From: Bacteroidales bacterium
Lineage (GTDB): Bacteria; Bacteroidota; Bacteroidia; Bacteroidales; VadinHA17
DNA length: 64,000 bases
NCBI GenBank assembly: GCA_017999895.1
Contig: JAGNKY010000007.1
Location: forward strand, 71,285 to 135,284
Reading direction: 5' to 3'
In this document: piece by piece, positions 55,632 to 64,000 of the stretch
Position numbering within the stretch: position 1 is the first letter of the stretch
Layout: each line of letters starts with the position of its first letter
Position numbers and translations under genes: made by a program
Notes under the pieces: generated by a model
What the model saw: only the letters and a program-made list of their open reading frames with translations
The model's database searches: none
Told to the model about the DNA's origin: nothing

Positions 55632-56423
55632 ATGGATTTCAACTCAACCATTGAAATTATTATCAAGGATCTCAGAGAAGTAAGAGATATTATTGATGAT
55701 TTCAAAAATTATCAGGGTGTGCCTCCTCTGCAGGTCGAGCTTGCCAAATTGAAGTGTAAAAGTGCTGAGGAAGCTATTTTACTTCTTAAAACTTTTAAGC
55801 CTGAAGATGTTTCTGCAGTACCGAAACGTTCACCATATCCTCAGGAAAAAGAAATAAGTGTAGATGAAACACTTATTGAAATATCCGACGAGGAATTCTT
55901 GCCGGAAAATGAGCAGAAATTCTGTGCTACAAAGGTTGATGCAGATCAGCATGAAAACGTTACAAAAGAACATGCAGCAATTAATGTAGCAAAAACTGAG
56001 TCTGCTGGAGGAGATAGTGTATCGTCGGTAGAACAGAGCCCATCAGAAAGGAAGCCTGATATTTATTCTAAAGAAAAAGAATCAGAATATCAGATTTTTG
56101 CCGATAAGTTCAGTGGTACTCAAACTACACTTCTCGATCAGTTCGCAAGTAAGGCAAGTAACGAAACTTCTCATCTGATAATGGGACGTTCCATTTCGAG
56201 CCTCACCGATGCCATTGGAATAAACGACAGGTTCCTTTTCATTAGAGAAATATTTGGAGGAGACAGCCGCACTTATGATGAAGTTATTTCCAGGCTCGAC
56301 CAGTCAACTTCATTTAATGAAGCCAGAGCAATACTTTTTAGCTATACAGGAGAACATGAAGATAATGAATATATAAGGCAGCTTCTTGATTTTGTGAAAC
56401 GTAAATTTCCGGCCGATGGCTAA
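55632..56423 (+). CDS. hypothetical protein with acidic low-complexity middle and conserved-looking C-terminal domain
   Basis: First ATG at 55632 (the track start is TTG). The C-terminal block SLTDAIGINDRFLFIREIFGGD...Y...I resembles a domain I recall from other Bacteroidota hypothetical proteins. The stop overlaps the rsmI start by 8 nt. Confidence 0.55.
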   Translation: MDFNSTIEIIIKDLREVRDIIDDFKNYQGVPPLQVELAKLKCKSAEEAILLLKTFKPEDVSAVPKRSPYPQEKEISVDETLIEISDEEFLPENEQKFCATKVDADQHENVTKEHAAINVAKTESAGGDSVSSVEQSPSERKPDIYSKEKESEYQIFADKFSGTQTTLLDQFASKASNETSHLIMGRSISSLTDAIGINDRFLFIREIFGGDSRTYDEVISRLDQSTSFNEARAILFSYTGEHEDNEYIRQLLDFVKRKFPADG

Positions 56424-57084
56424 GCTGGTGCTCGTACCGACACCTCTCGGCAACCTTAAGGATATTACTCTCCGGTCGCTGGAAGTATTGAAGGAAGTTA
56501 ATCTGATTCTTGCTGAAGACACTAGGCAGGCGTCAAAGCTGTTAAAGCATTACGGAATTCAAACTCCTTGTTTATCTCATCATAAATTCAATGAACACAA
56601 AAAGGTATCGGAAATATGTAAAGAGATAAAGGGAGGAAAGAATATAGCTCTCATATCTGATGCAGGCACTCCCGGGATATCCGATCCCGGGTTCCTTCTT
56701 GTACGCAAATGTATAGAAAATGATATTACTGTCGAAGTGTTGCCAGGTCCGGTAGCATTTGTTCCGGCGCTAGTTGGCTCAGGCATTCCATGCGACCGCT
56801 TTTGTTTCGAAGGTTTTCTTCCCAATAAAAAAGGACGCCTTAAGAAACTTGAGGCACTGAAAAACGAGAAGAGAACGATGATTTTTTATGAGTCACCTTT
56901 CCGTCTGGTTAAAGCTCTTGACGAAATGGCGAATATTTTCGGACAGGAAAGAAGAGCATGCGTTGCAAGAGAAATAAGTAAAATTCACGAGGAATACAAG
57001 CGTGGTACGCTGAAAGAACTTTTCGATTATTATTCGGAACATCCACCGAAAGGGGAAATAGTAATAGTTGTCGAAGGGGAATAG
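56416..57084 (+). CDS. rsmI: 16S rRNA (cytidine1402-2'-O)-methyltransferase RsmI
   Basis: 222 aa. Tetrapyrrole-methylase fold motifs LVPTPLGNL.DIT.R, AEDTR, ISDAGTPGISDPG and FYESP.R. Confidence 0.9.
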   Translation: MAKLVLVPTPLGNLKDITLRSLEVLKEVNLILAEDTRQASKLLKHYGIQTPCLSHHKFNEHKKVSEICKEIKGGKNIALISDAGTPGISDPGFLLVRKCIENDITVEVLPGPVAFVPALVGSGIPCDRFCFEGFLPNKKGRLKKLEALKNEKRTMIFYESPFRLVKALDEMANIFGQERRACVAREISKIHEEYKRGTLKELFDYYSEHPPKGEIVIVVEGE

Positions 57085-57092
57085 CTATTTTT

Positions 57093-58616
57093 CTATCCGA
57101 AAGGCGGTTCGTTAAAATCATCATTCTCGATATCAAAGCCTCCACCTGTTTCAGACAGATAGTCACGGTTCATTTTAGAGCCTATTGTAATACTCTGAGG
57201 CTGAACCGGTTGTTCAAAACCCTGTTCAAATTCGAAATCTTCGAGGTCAACAAAAGTTGCCTTTTCTTCCCTGAACTTTAATCTGATTTCATCAACAGGG
57301 CCGTTGCGGTTCTTTGCAAGGATGATATCGGCTATCCCTTTTGTGGAGGTGCCGTCTTCATAAGTAAATATTCCGAATTTATCCATGCGGTGTATAAAAA
57401 CAACCATATCCGCATCCTGTTCTATAGCTCCCGATTCCCTCAAATCGGAGAGTTGTGGTTTCTTATAGCCGCCTCTGAGCTCGGCAGAACGATTTAATTG
57501 AGAAAGGGCTATTACAGGCACATCGAGTTCCTTTGCAATACTTTTTAGCGACCTCGATATATTGCTTACTTCCTGTTCGCGGCTTCCAGAATTCTGAGGA
57601 CCTGACATAAGCTGGAGGTAATCGATGATGACTATATCGAGTTTATGCTGTGCCATCAGTCTGCGACATTTTGCCCTCAGCTCGGTAATAGTTATTGCCG
57701 GAGTATCGTCGATGTAAATCGGTGCCTGCTCAAGTTTTTTTATCCTTGAATCGAGCTGACGCCATTCATCTTCCGTCAGCCTTCCGTTCTTTATCTTCTG
57801 CGCCGGGATATCTGTTTCAGCTATAATCAGTCTGTTAACAAGTTGTACGGCCGACATCTCGCACGAGAAAATAGCAACTTTCTTTCCGTGGTCTATGGCC
57901 ATGTTTCTGGCCATAGTAAGTGCAAATGCGGTTTTCCCCATGGAAGGACGGGCGGCAATAATAATTAGTTCCGACTTCTGCCATCCCGACGTTAGCCTAT
58001 CGAGCTTAGTAAACCCCGACGGTATTCCCACCAGGGCATCTTCCCTCTTCCCTGCAGCTTCAATTTCAGAAATGGCTTCCTTAATCACTTCATTCACCGG
58101 AATTACTTCTCGTTTAATATTTCCCTCGGCAATCTGAAATATAGCATCCTCTGAAAAATCAAGAAGCTCGGTAATATCATAAGTATCATCATACGATCTT
58201 GCCTGTATTTCAGACGAAACTCTTATGAGTTCTCGCTGAATATATTTCTGAGCTACAATTCTTGCATGATATTCCACATTAGCCGCCGAGACAACCTTTG
58301 AAGTAAGTTGGGTGAGATATACAGGACCCCCGGCGTTTTCGAGCTCTCCTGTTGCCCTAAGTTCCTCTGTAACAGTATAAAGGTCAACAGGCAAATCCTT
58401 TTCAGCCAGACTAACTATTGCCGAGAATATTTTCTGGTGTGACTCTTTGTAAAAACTCTCGGGCCGCAGGATATCGAGCACCGTTATCACCGCTTCCTTT
58501 TCAAGCATCAATGCCCCAAGAACAGCTTCCTCCATGTCAATTGCCTGCGGAGGAATCCTGCCTATATCAGGTAAAGGTAATGTGACCGGCTTTGATCCTG
58601 TTCTTTGTTTTGCCAT
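57093..58616 (-). CDS. dnaB: replicative DNA helicase DnaB
   Basis: 507 aa. N-terminal PPQAIDMEEAVLGALML, Walker A AARPSMGKTAFAL, Walker B IIDYLQLM, and ALSQLNR. Confidence 0.95.
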   Translation of the reverse strand: MAKQRTGSKPVTLPLPDIGRIPPQAIDMEEAVLGALMLEKEAVITVLDILRPESFYKESHQKIFSAIVSLAEKDLPVDLYTVTEELRATGELENAGGPVYLTQLTSKVVSAANVEYHARIVAQKYIQRELIRVSSEIQARSYDDTYDITELLDFSEDAIFQIAEGNIKREVIPVNEVIKEAISEIEAAGKREDALVGIPSGFTKLDRLTSGWQKSELIIIAARPSMGKTAFALTMARNMAIDHGKKVAIFSCEMSAVQLVNRLIIAETDIPAQKIKNGRLTEDEWRQLDSRIKKLEQAPIYIDDTPAITITELRAKCRRLMAQHKLDIVIIDYLQLMSGPQNSGSREQEVSNISRSLKSIAKELDVPVIALSQLNRSAELRGGYKKPQLSDLRESGAIEQDADMVVFIHRMDKFGIFTYEDGTSTKGIADIILAKNRNGPVDEIRLKFREEKATFVDLEDFEFEQGFEQPVQPQSITIGSKMNRDYLSETGGGFDIENDDFNEPPFG

Positions 58617-58831
58617 TAGTTATAATATATTGATTAATAAATTATTATTAATAATAAAAATCTCTGCGGCAACTATTTCAAAGGTATTAATTAGAAAAAT
58701 ACAATAAGAATTACATGAAAGATTTTGTTACAAACAAAATTTGTTTAAAAATTGTTGATAAGAGAATTTGCCTCTTAATTTTTCTTCAGATACAATTCTT
58801 ATACGTATTTTTACGCAAAATAAATGCCAGG

Positions 58832-59653
58832 ATGATAACATTTCCACAGGCGAAAATAAACATCGGACTAAGGATAATTGCCAGGAGGGCTGATAATTAT
58901 CATGATATCCAGACAATTTTTTATCCTGTCGGTTTATGTGATGCTCTTGAATTTGTAGTGCCTGCAAATGATATGGGATTTGATAATATGACCATGTCGG
59001 GTTATACTGAAGGGATAAACTATGATGAAAATACAGTTATGAAAACTTTATCGGTACTCAGGCAAACTTTTAAGATACCGAATCTGGCTATTCATCTTCA
59101 TAAAGCTATTCCTCATGGCTCTGGACTTGGAGGTGGTTCTTCCGATGCGGCTTCTTTTATAAAACTGTTGAACAATTATTTCAAGCTGAACTTAAGCGAG
59201 AATGAACTTATAGAGATTTCTCTACGTATAGGAAGCGATTGTCCGTTCTTTATTAAAAGTTCGCCTGTTTATGCGGAAGGAAAGGGTGAAATAATGACCG
59301 CTTTACCACCAGTATCTGGCAATTATCATCTTCTGATTATATGGCCGCAGATTCATATAAGTACAAGTGAGGCTTATGAGAATTGCAAACCTATGCAATG
59401 CAAAAAAGAACTGCCCGATTTTTACGGTCGGCCGATTGAAGAATGGAAGAATCTGATTATTAATGATTTTGAAGAAATAGTATTTAAAAAACACCCCGAA
59501 ATTAGAGAAATCAAAAATTCTCTTTATGATATGGGCGCTCTTTACAGCTCTATGTCGGGTAGTGGTTCGGCAGTTTATGGAATCTTCAGAAATAAGCCGG
59601 AAAATATCCCGGCAGAAATTAACCGTCTAAAAATATATTCCGGCCCGCTTTAG
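58832..59653 (+). CDS. ispE: 4-(cytidine 5'-diphospho)-2-C-methyl-D-erythritol kinase
   Basis: Start taken at MITFPQAKINIGLRI (58832). GHMP kinase motif IPHGSGLGGGSSDAA. Confidence 0.88.
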   Translation: MITFPQAKINIGLRIIARRADNYHDIQTIFYPVGLCDALEFVVPANDMGFDNMTMSGYTEGINYDENTVMKTLSVLRQTFKIPNLAIHLHKAIPHGSGLGGGSSDAASFIKLLNNYFKLNLSENELIEISLRIGSDCPFFIKSSPVYAEGKGEIMTALPPVSGNYHLLIIWPQIHISTSEAYENCKPMQCKKELPDFYGRPIEEWKNLIINDFEEIVFKKHPEIREIKNSLYDMGALYSSMSGSGSAVYGIFRNKPENIPAEINRLKIYSGPL

Positions 59654-59797
59654 AAATTGATGTTATTTGCTTCTCTTATTCTCCTTTTCTCACTTTCTAT
59701 TCTTAAAATTAAGACATTTATCTCTTTTCAGCTTTAATAGATTGTAAACAAAAATTTTCACGGATAATCTGTATTTAAGTGCTCATCATCCGAACAT

Positions 59798-60937
59798 CTA
59801 TTTTGGAGCAACTCTGTAAAGGAAAAGTGCAATTATAAGATAAATTATATTGGGTATCCATAAAGCAATAGTAGGGCTTAAATTTCCTCTAAGTGAAAAC
59901 TGAGATGCAAATTGCATAAAAAGAATATATGAAAAACTCAGGGCGAGTCCTATTCCAATATGCATACCGATTCCTCCTCTCATTTTCTTCGATGACAGTG
60001 AAACGCCAATAAGCGTTAGAATAAATACTGAAAAAGGATCGGCTATACGTCTCTGTTTCTCAATCTGGAAAAGTTTCAGTTCTTCCGAACCCTGAAGACG
60101 CAGAAGTTGTATATAATCGTTCAGTTCTTTATATTTCATGGTTCCTACATATTTAGGATCGCGCGAAAAATCTTCTGGTCGTACGGTAAGAGTAGTGTCA
60201 ATCTTCACTCCGCTTCTTATCTCTTCTCTTCCATCCTTAATATCTCTGATGTAATATGACCAGGCGATCCATTTGTTAGTTGTAGAATCCCATGTTACTC
60301 TTGAAGCTATCAGCTTCGATTCGAGCTGACCATCGTCATTGAATCTCTCGAGGCTGAAATTCAGGCCTGTCTGAGTTTCAGGATTATATTTTTCAATATA
60401 CATCATTTCGTTCTTATATACCTGTCGGTGAAAGTTTACAATCTGGCCTCGTCTTGCCCTCGAAGGTTTGTAATATTTATCTTCGAAATCCAACCTTTTG
60501 AGGTTGGCATTCGGTATGACAAAATTCATAAGTAGAAAAGTAAATAGAGCTATCACAAATGATGCAAGGAAATAAGGCCACATCATTCTTTTGAAGCTCA
60601 TTCCTCCGCTTAGTATGGCGATTATTTCGGTATGAACAGCCATCTTTGCAGTAAAAAAAATTACAGATATAAATACAAACAGAGGAGCAAAGAGCGTTGC
60701 GAAATAAGGTATAAAATTCAAATAATAATCAAATATAATAGCTTGTGCAGGAGCGTCCCTCTCCATAAAGTTATCGATTTTCTCTGCAAAATCAAATACA
60801 ACCGCAATAAGGACTATCATCAGAAGTGAAATGAAAAATGTCCCAAGAAATTTTCTGATGATATAAATATCTATTATTTTCAGTTTCAAATCGGCTATAG
60901 CCTTTGTGAAACTTTTTTTATCGTCTTTTCTTTCCAT
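59798..60937 (-). CDS. LptF/LptG-family (YjgP/YjgQ) LPS export permease
   Basis: 379 aa. IIDIYIIRKFLGTFFISL start motif, 6 TM and a periplasmic beta-jellyroll insert. The ATG at 60937 overlaps tgt by 43 nt. A TTG at 60889 would remove the overlap. Confidence 0.8.
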   Translation of the reverse strand: MERKDDKKSFTKAIADLKLKIIDIYIIRKFLGTFFISLLMIVLIAVVFDFAEKIDNFMERDAPAQAIIFDYYLNFIPYFATLFAPLFVFISVIFFTAKMAVHTEIIAILSGGMSFKRMMWPYFLASFVIALFTFLLMNFVIPNANLKRLDFEDKYYKPSRARRGQIVNFHRQVYKNEMMYIEKYNPETQTGLNFSLERFNDDGQLESKLIASRVTWDSTTNKWIAWSYYIRDIKDGREEIRSGVKIDTTLTVRPEDFSRDPKYVGTMKYKELNDYIQLLRLQGSEELKLFQIEKQRRIADPFSVFILTLIGVSLSSKKMRGGIGMHIGIGLALSFSYILFMQFASQFSLRGNLSPTIALWIPNIIYLIIALFLYRVAPK

Positions 60938-62022
60938 TCCAAAAAAGTTCCTTCTTCTATCTTTTTTCTTGCCGTTGCCACAAGGCTTATGTAAAAAGAA
61001 AGATTGTTTATACTGGCTATCTGGGCTCCGAGCATCTCTCCCGAGACGAATAAATGACGAAGATAAGCTTTTGAATATTTCCGGCTTATTTCAGTTGCTC
61101 CCTCTGAATCAATCGGACTAAAGTCATTATACCATTTTTTATTACGTATATTAATTATTCCATCAGATGTGAACAACATTCCGTTACGTCCGTTTCTGGT
61201 GGGCATTACGCAGTCGAACATATCAATACCACGAGCTATAGACTCAAGAATATTTGCAGGTGTTCCTACTCCCATAAGATAACGGGGTTTATCTTCCGGA
61301 AGTATCTCATTTACAATTTCCGTTATCCTGTACATCTCTTCTACAGGTTCTCCTACCGATAGTCCGCCGATAGCAATACCGCTCATTCCTGTTGAAGCGG
61401 CTTTCTCGGCTGATTGGCGACGAAGGTCGTCCCATATACTTCCCTGGACAATAGGGAACAGAGCCTGTTCGTAGCCCCATAGAGGCTCTGTTTCGTTGAA
61501 TCTTTTAATTGCTCTTTCAAGCCAGTTGTTTGTAAGGGCGAGGGACCTTGCAGCTTGCCTGTGATCGCAAGGATAAGGTGTACACTCATCGAGAACCATC
61601 ATAATATCTGCACCAATAACACGCTGTATATCAATTGCATTTTCAGGTGTGAAGAGATGCTTCGAACCGTCAATATGAGAACTGAATGTGACACCATCGT
61701 TATTTACTTTTCTAATCTTACTGAGTGAATAAACTTGATAGCCACCACTGTCGGTAAGCAAAGGTCTGTCCCAGCTCATGAACCGGTGAAGGCCGCCTGC
61801 ATATCTTAACACTTCCGTCCCCGGCCTTAAATATAAATGGTAGGTATTACAAAGAATAATTTTTAAATCCATCAGATCGGTAAGGTCGCGATGCAGAATT
61901 CCTTTGACTGTACCGCCTGTGCCTACAGGCATGAAAACAGGTGTTGGAATGCTTCCGTGTGCAGTATTCAAAAAACCAGCCCTCGCTTTACTCTTAATAT
62001 CTCTCGCAGTAATAGAAAACAT
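60895..62022 (-). CDS. tgt: tRNA-guanine transglycosylase (queuine tRNA-ribosyltransferase)
   Basis: Start taken at MFSITARD. Motifs TPVFMPVGT, LTDSGGYQV, GGLSVGE, and the zinc site C..P....CxC..C-like region. Confidence 0.93.
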   Translation of the reverse strand: MFSITARDIKSKARAGFLNTAHGSIPTPVFMPVGTGGTVKGILHRDLTDLMDLKIILCNTYHLYLRPGTEVLRYAGGLHRFMSWDRPLLTDSGGYQVYSLSKIRKVNNDGVTFSSHIDGSKHLFTPENAIDIQRVIGADIMMVLDECTPYPCDHRQAARSLALTNNWLERAIKRFNETEPLWGYEQALFPIVQGSIWDDLRRQSAEKAASTGMSGIAIGGLSVGEPVEEMYRITEIVNEILPEDKPRYLMGVGTPANILESIARGIDMFDCVMPTRNGRNGMLFTSDGIINIRNKKWYNDFSPIDSEGATEISRKYSKAYLRHLFVSGEMLGAQIASINNLSFYISLVATARKKIEEGTFLEWKEKTIKKVSQRL

Positions 62023-62143
62023 CCATAATTTAATATAGTGCACAAAGGTAAACCTTCCTTTCAAGCATATAAAATATTTATTATTTTTTTACATGGATGT
62101 TACAATAATTATGCCCTTTGTTAAAAACTATTCGGAAAAATGA

Positions 62144-63316
62144 ATGCGTTACTTGTTATTTTTGCTATCAATTTTTATAATAAGTGCCATTTTGGACTTC
62201 AATTTACTAATGTTGATTTTTATCCTTTACTGCATTGCTGCGGCAATACAATTATTTTTCTATTTGTGGTTTTATCTGGCACCTGCTTTTTACAAACATA
62301 ATGATTCACCGCGAAATGAGCTGCCCCCTCTGTCGGTGATTATATGCGCAAGAAATGAATCGGCTAATCTTAAACGGTTCCTTCCTTTAGTACTTGAACA
62401 AGATTATCCTTCTTTTGAGGTCATAGTTGTAAACGACTGCTCAGAAGACGATACATATCAGGTTCTCGGTGAAATGCTTTCAAAATATCAAAACCTTAAA
62501 ATTTCGACAATTAACAAAGACCCCAGTTTTAGTCATTCGAAAAAGTTTGCCCAGTTCATAGGCATAAAAGCAGCATCGAATGAACTGCTCGTATTTACCG
62601 ACGCCGATTGTTATCCGGTATCGGATAAATGGCTGAGGATGATGGCGTCAGGTTTTTCAAAGGGAATCGATTTTGTTATAGGCTATGGCGGGTTCATTGC
62701 TGAGAAAGGATTACTGAACAGATATCAGCGCTATGAAGCAATGTTTATTGCAATGCAATATCTCGGTATGGCTATACGAGGCATCGCTTATATGGCTGTG
62801 GGCAGAAACTTTGCTTACCGTAAAGATGTTTTCTTCAGAAATAAAGGATTTGGAAGATATAATCATATTGCGTCAGGTGATGATGACCTTTTTGTTAACA
62901 GAAATGCAAGGGCATCATCAGTAAAAGTAGAGTTCAGAAAAGATGCTCATACAAGATCACCCGCTGCTCATAGACTTAACGAATGGGCTAACCGGAGGAT
63001 GAGACACATGACTACCGCAAGATATTATAAACTAATACATAAGATATTGCTTGTCGCCGAACCGTTGTCGAGATTAATATTTTATATAACATTTATATGG
63101 CTAATCCTGGATATGTTTCTGTGGCAATACGTTGCAGGAATATTTCTTATAAGGCTTGCCATAATGTTTGCAACGTTTTATACCAACATGAAAAAACTTG
63201 ATGAAAAAGGACTTCTTCCTTTTATACTAATTTTTGATCTATTTTCACCGTTAATAAATATTATATTATATTCGGGAACACTTCGAGAAAAAAGTCTCCG
63301 CAAAGCATGGAAATGA
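62144..63316 (+). CDS. family-2 glycosyltransferase, integral membrane
   Basis: 390 aa. LSVIICARNE...VIVVNDCSEDDT, an FTDADC (DxD-like) motif, and flanking TM helices. Confidence 0.8.
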   Translation: MRYLLFLLSIFIISAILDFNLLMLIFILYCIAAAIQLFFYLWFYLAPAFYKHNDSPRNELPPLSVIICARNESANLKRFLPLVLEQDYPSFEVIVVNDCSEDDTYQVLGEMLSKYQNLKISTINKDPSFSHSKKFAQFIGIKAASNELLVFTDADCYPVSDKWLRMMASGFSKGIDFVIGYGGFIAEKGLLNRYQRYEAMFIAMQYLGMAIRGIAYMAVGRNFAYRKDVFFRNKGFGRYNHIASGDDDLFVNRNARASSVKVEFRKDAHTRSPAAHRLNEWANRRMRHMTTARYYKLIHKILLVAEPLSRLIFYITFIWLILDMFLWQYVAGIFLIRLAIMFATFYTNMKKLDEKGLLPFILIFDLFSPLINIILYSGTLREKSLRKAWK

Positions 63317-63921
63317 AAAAAAATAAAATCGGGCAGGAATTCTCAGAAAAGGCCATGCAAGACTTATTGCTTGTTGAAAGGGCAAAAGCCGGTGATGAGA
63401 AGGCCTATGCATCTTTGCTTAACCGTTATCGCGATTCAATTTATTTCATGCTTCTGAAAATGGTAAATAATACATCTGATGCTGAAGATCTTACTATAGA
63501 GACGTTTGGAAAAGCATTTAAAAGCCTTGATTCCTATACACCAACTTTTGCTTTCAGCACCTGGCTTTTTAAAATAGCTACCAACAATTGTATCGATTTC
63601 CTGCGAAAAAAACAACAAACCCCTCAGGTAATTAACCAGGAACATAATGAGGAAAATGATTCTTACGAGTCAACTCTTCAATCAGACACACCCGACCCTG
63701 AGGAAATAATGATCAACAAACAAAATATTGCCGGGTTATATAATGTGGTGGACCAATTGAAACCACGTTATAAAAAGCTTATTGAACTTCGCTATTTCAA
63801 GGAGTATTCTTATGAAGAAATCTCCTCAAAACTCAATATTCCTATTGGAACTGTTAAGGCACAACTCTTCAGAGCAAAAAGCCTTTTATATAATATCCTC
63901 AATAAAACCGGAGAAAGGTAA
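63307..63921 (+). CDS. sigma-70 family (ECF-like) RNA polymerase sigma factor
   Basis: 204 aa. Region 2 (YRDSIYFMLLKMVNNTSDAEDLTIETFGKAF, FSTWLFKIATN) and region 4 (RYKKLIELRYFKEYSYEEISSKLNIPIGTVKAQLFRAK). An alternative ATG at 63313 forms an ATGA overlap with the GT2 stop. Confidence 0.85.
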   Translation: MEMKKNKIGQEFSEKAMQDLLLVERAKAGDEKAYASLLNRYRDSIYFMLLKMVNNTSDAEDLTIETFGKAFKSLDSYTPTFAFSTWLFKIATNNCIDFLRKKQQTPQVINQEHNEENDSYESTLQSDTPDPEEIMINKQNIAGLYNVVDQLKPRYKKLIELRYFKEYSYEEISSKLNIPIGTVKAQLFRAKSLLYNILNKTGER

Positions 63922-64000
63922 TGGATGAAATTCTGGAAAAATATTTTCCGGAAATTACCACACAGCAAAAAGAAAAGTTTTGCCTGCTTGAAACACTCTA
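63921..64000 (+). CDS. rsmG: 16S rRNA (guanine527-N7)-methyltransferase RsmG, 5' partial (runs off window)
   Basis: MDEILEKYFPEITTQQKEKFCLLETL resembles the RsmG/GidB N-terminus of Bacteroidota (..I.KYFP.LT..Q..F..L). The ATG overlaps the sigma factor's TAA stop by 1 nt. Only 26 codons are visible. Confidence 0.55.
   Translation, partial: MDEILEKYFPEITTQQKEKFCLLETL

Noticed and set aside
19694-58616. Inteins or other insertions in recA, dnaB or uvrA.
   Set aside because: The lengths (336, 507 and ~940 aa) and the uninterrupted motif order are canonical.
19661-62064. N-terminally extended track starts for recA (19661), the S9 peptidase (20812), uvrA (27084), the transglycosylase (28073), ferredoxin (42778), the AMP ligase (45733), nadE (GTG at 50388), murF-alr (TTG at 54577), ispE (58715), tgt (62064) and the ATPase (12742).
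   Set aside because: The extensions add non-conserved residues ahead of well-known N-termini or signal peptides, or they use non-ATG codons with an in-frame ATG close by. I used the shorter starts. All remain unverified without alignment or Ribo-seq.
1-64000. Integrases, transposases, IS elements, prophage genes, rRNA, toxin-antitoxin pairs, restriction-modification genes and retron/DGR reverse transcriptases.
   Set aside because: I recognised none among the translated ORFs. The absence of an integrase weakens a simple integrative-island interpretation of the tRNA-Ser locus.

Overview
The window is a 64-kb chromosomal segment that looks like a Bacteroidota (Bacteroidia-type) genome. Supporting this: a GldB-like lipoprotein, DUF1573, GWxTD, PF13568-type OM beta-barrels, a MurF-Alr fusion, AT-rich intergenic DNA and little Shine-Dalgarno signal. 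All calls were made by eye from the ORF track and raw sequence; no searches were run.

Most of the window is housekeeping: recA, uvrA, dnaB, smpB, tgt, nadE, murF-alr, ispE, rsmI, rlmB, rlmD, clpS, lpdA, a znuABC-like operon, lptF/G, and a partial rsmG at the right edge.

The left 10 kb is a glycan-degradation cluster: a GntP permease, a GH88/GH105 hydrolase, a tandem DUF1080 protein, a Ser-type sulfatase and a 1045-aa GH106-like protein. No SusC/SusD pair is in view.

The most interesting locus is 10.0-13.5 kb. An intact tRNA-Ser(GCU) is flanked on both sides by partial copies of itself and by a 45-nt perfect palindrome. Immediately next to it lies an AT-richer two-gene operon with a 4-nt gap. 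It encodes a minimal stand-alone PP2C/SpoIIE-type phosphatase followed by a 760-aa coiled-coil ABC/OLD-like ATPase. The ATPase's C-terminal Toprim-like region seems to lack the canonical acidic residues. I do not recognise this pairing among named defence systems and flag it as the candidate undescribed system.

Other points:
- a ~66-nt element repeated in two divergent promoter regions, one of them upstream of recA
- a short-repeat cluster upstream of murF-alr
- a nested REP-like hairpin
- three GTTAA sites phased at 11 bp next to an OmpR-type two-component system
- an ECF sigma coupled to an anti-sigma-like protein fused to an OM beta-barrel
- a low-GC acyl-AMP ligase plus LpxL-like acyltransferase pair with an atypical HX4(D/E) motif
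- a GC-rich patch in an AT-rich intergenic region, which may be an ncRNA or a gene remnant

No rRNA, CRISPR array, integrase or transposase was seen.
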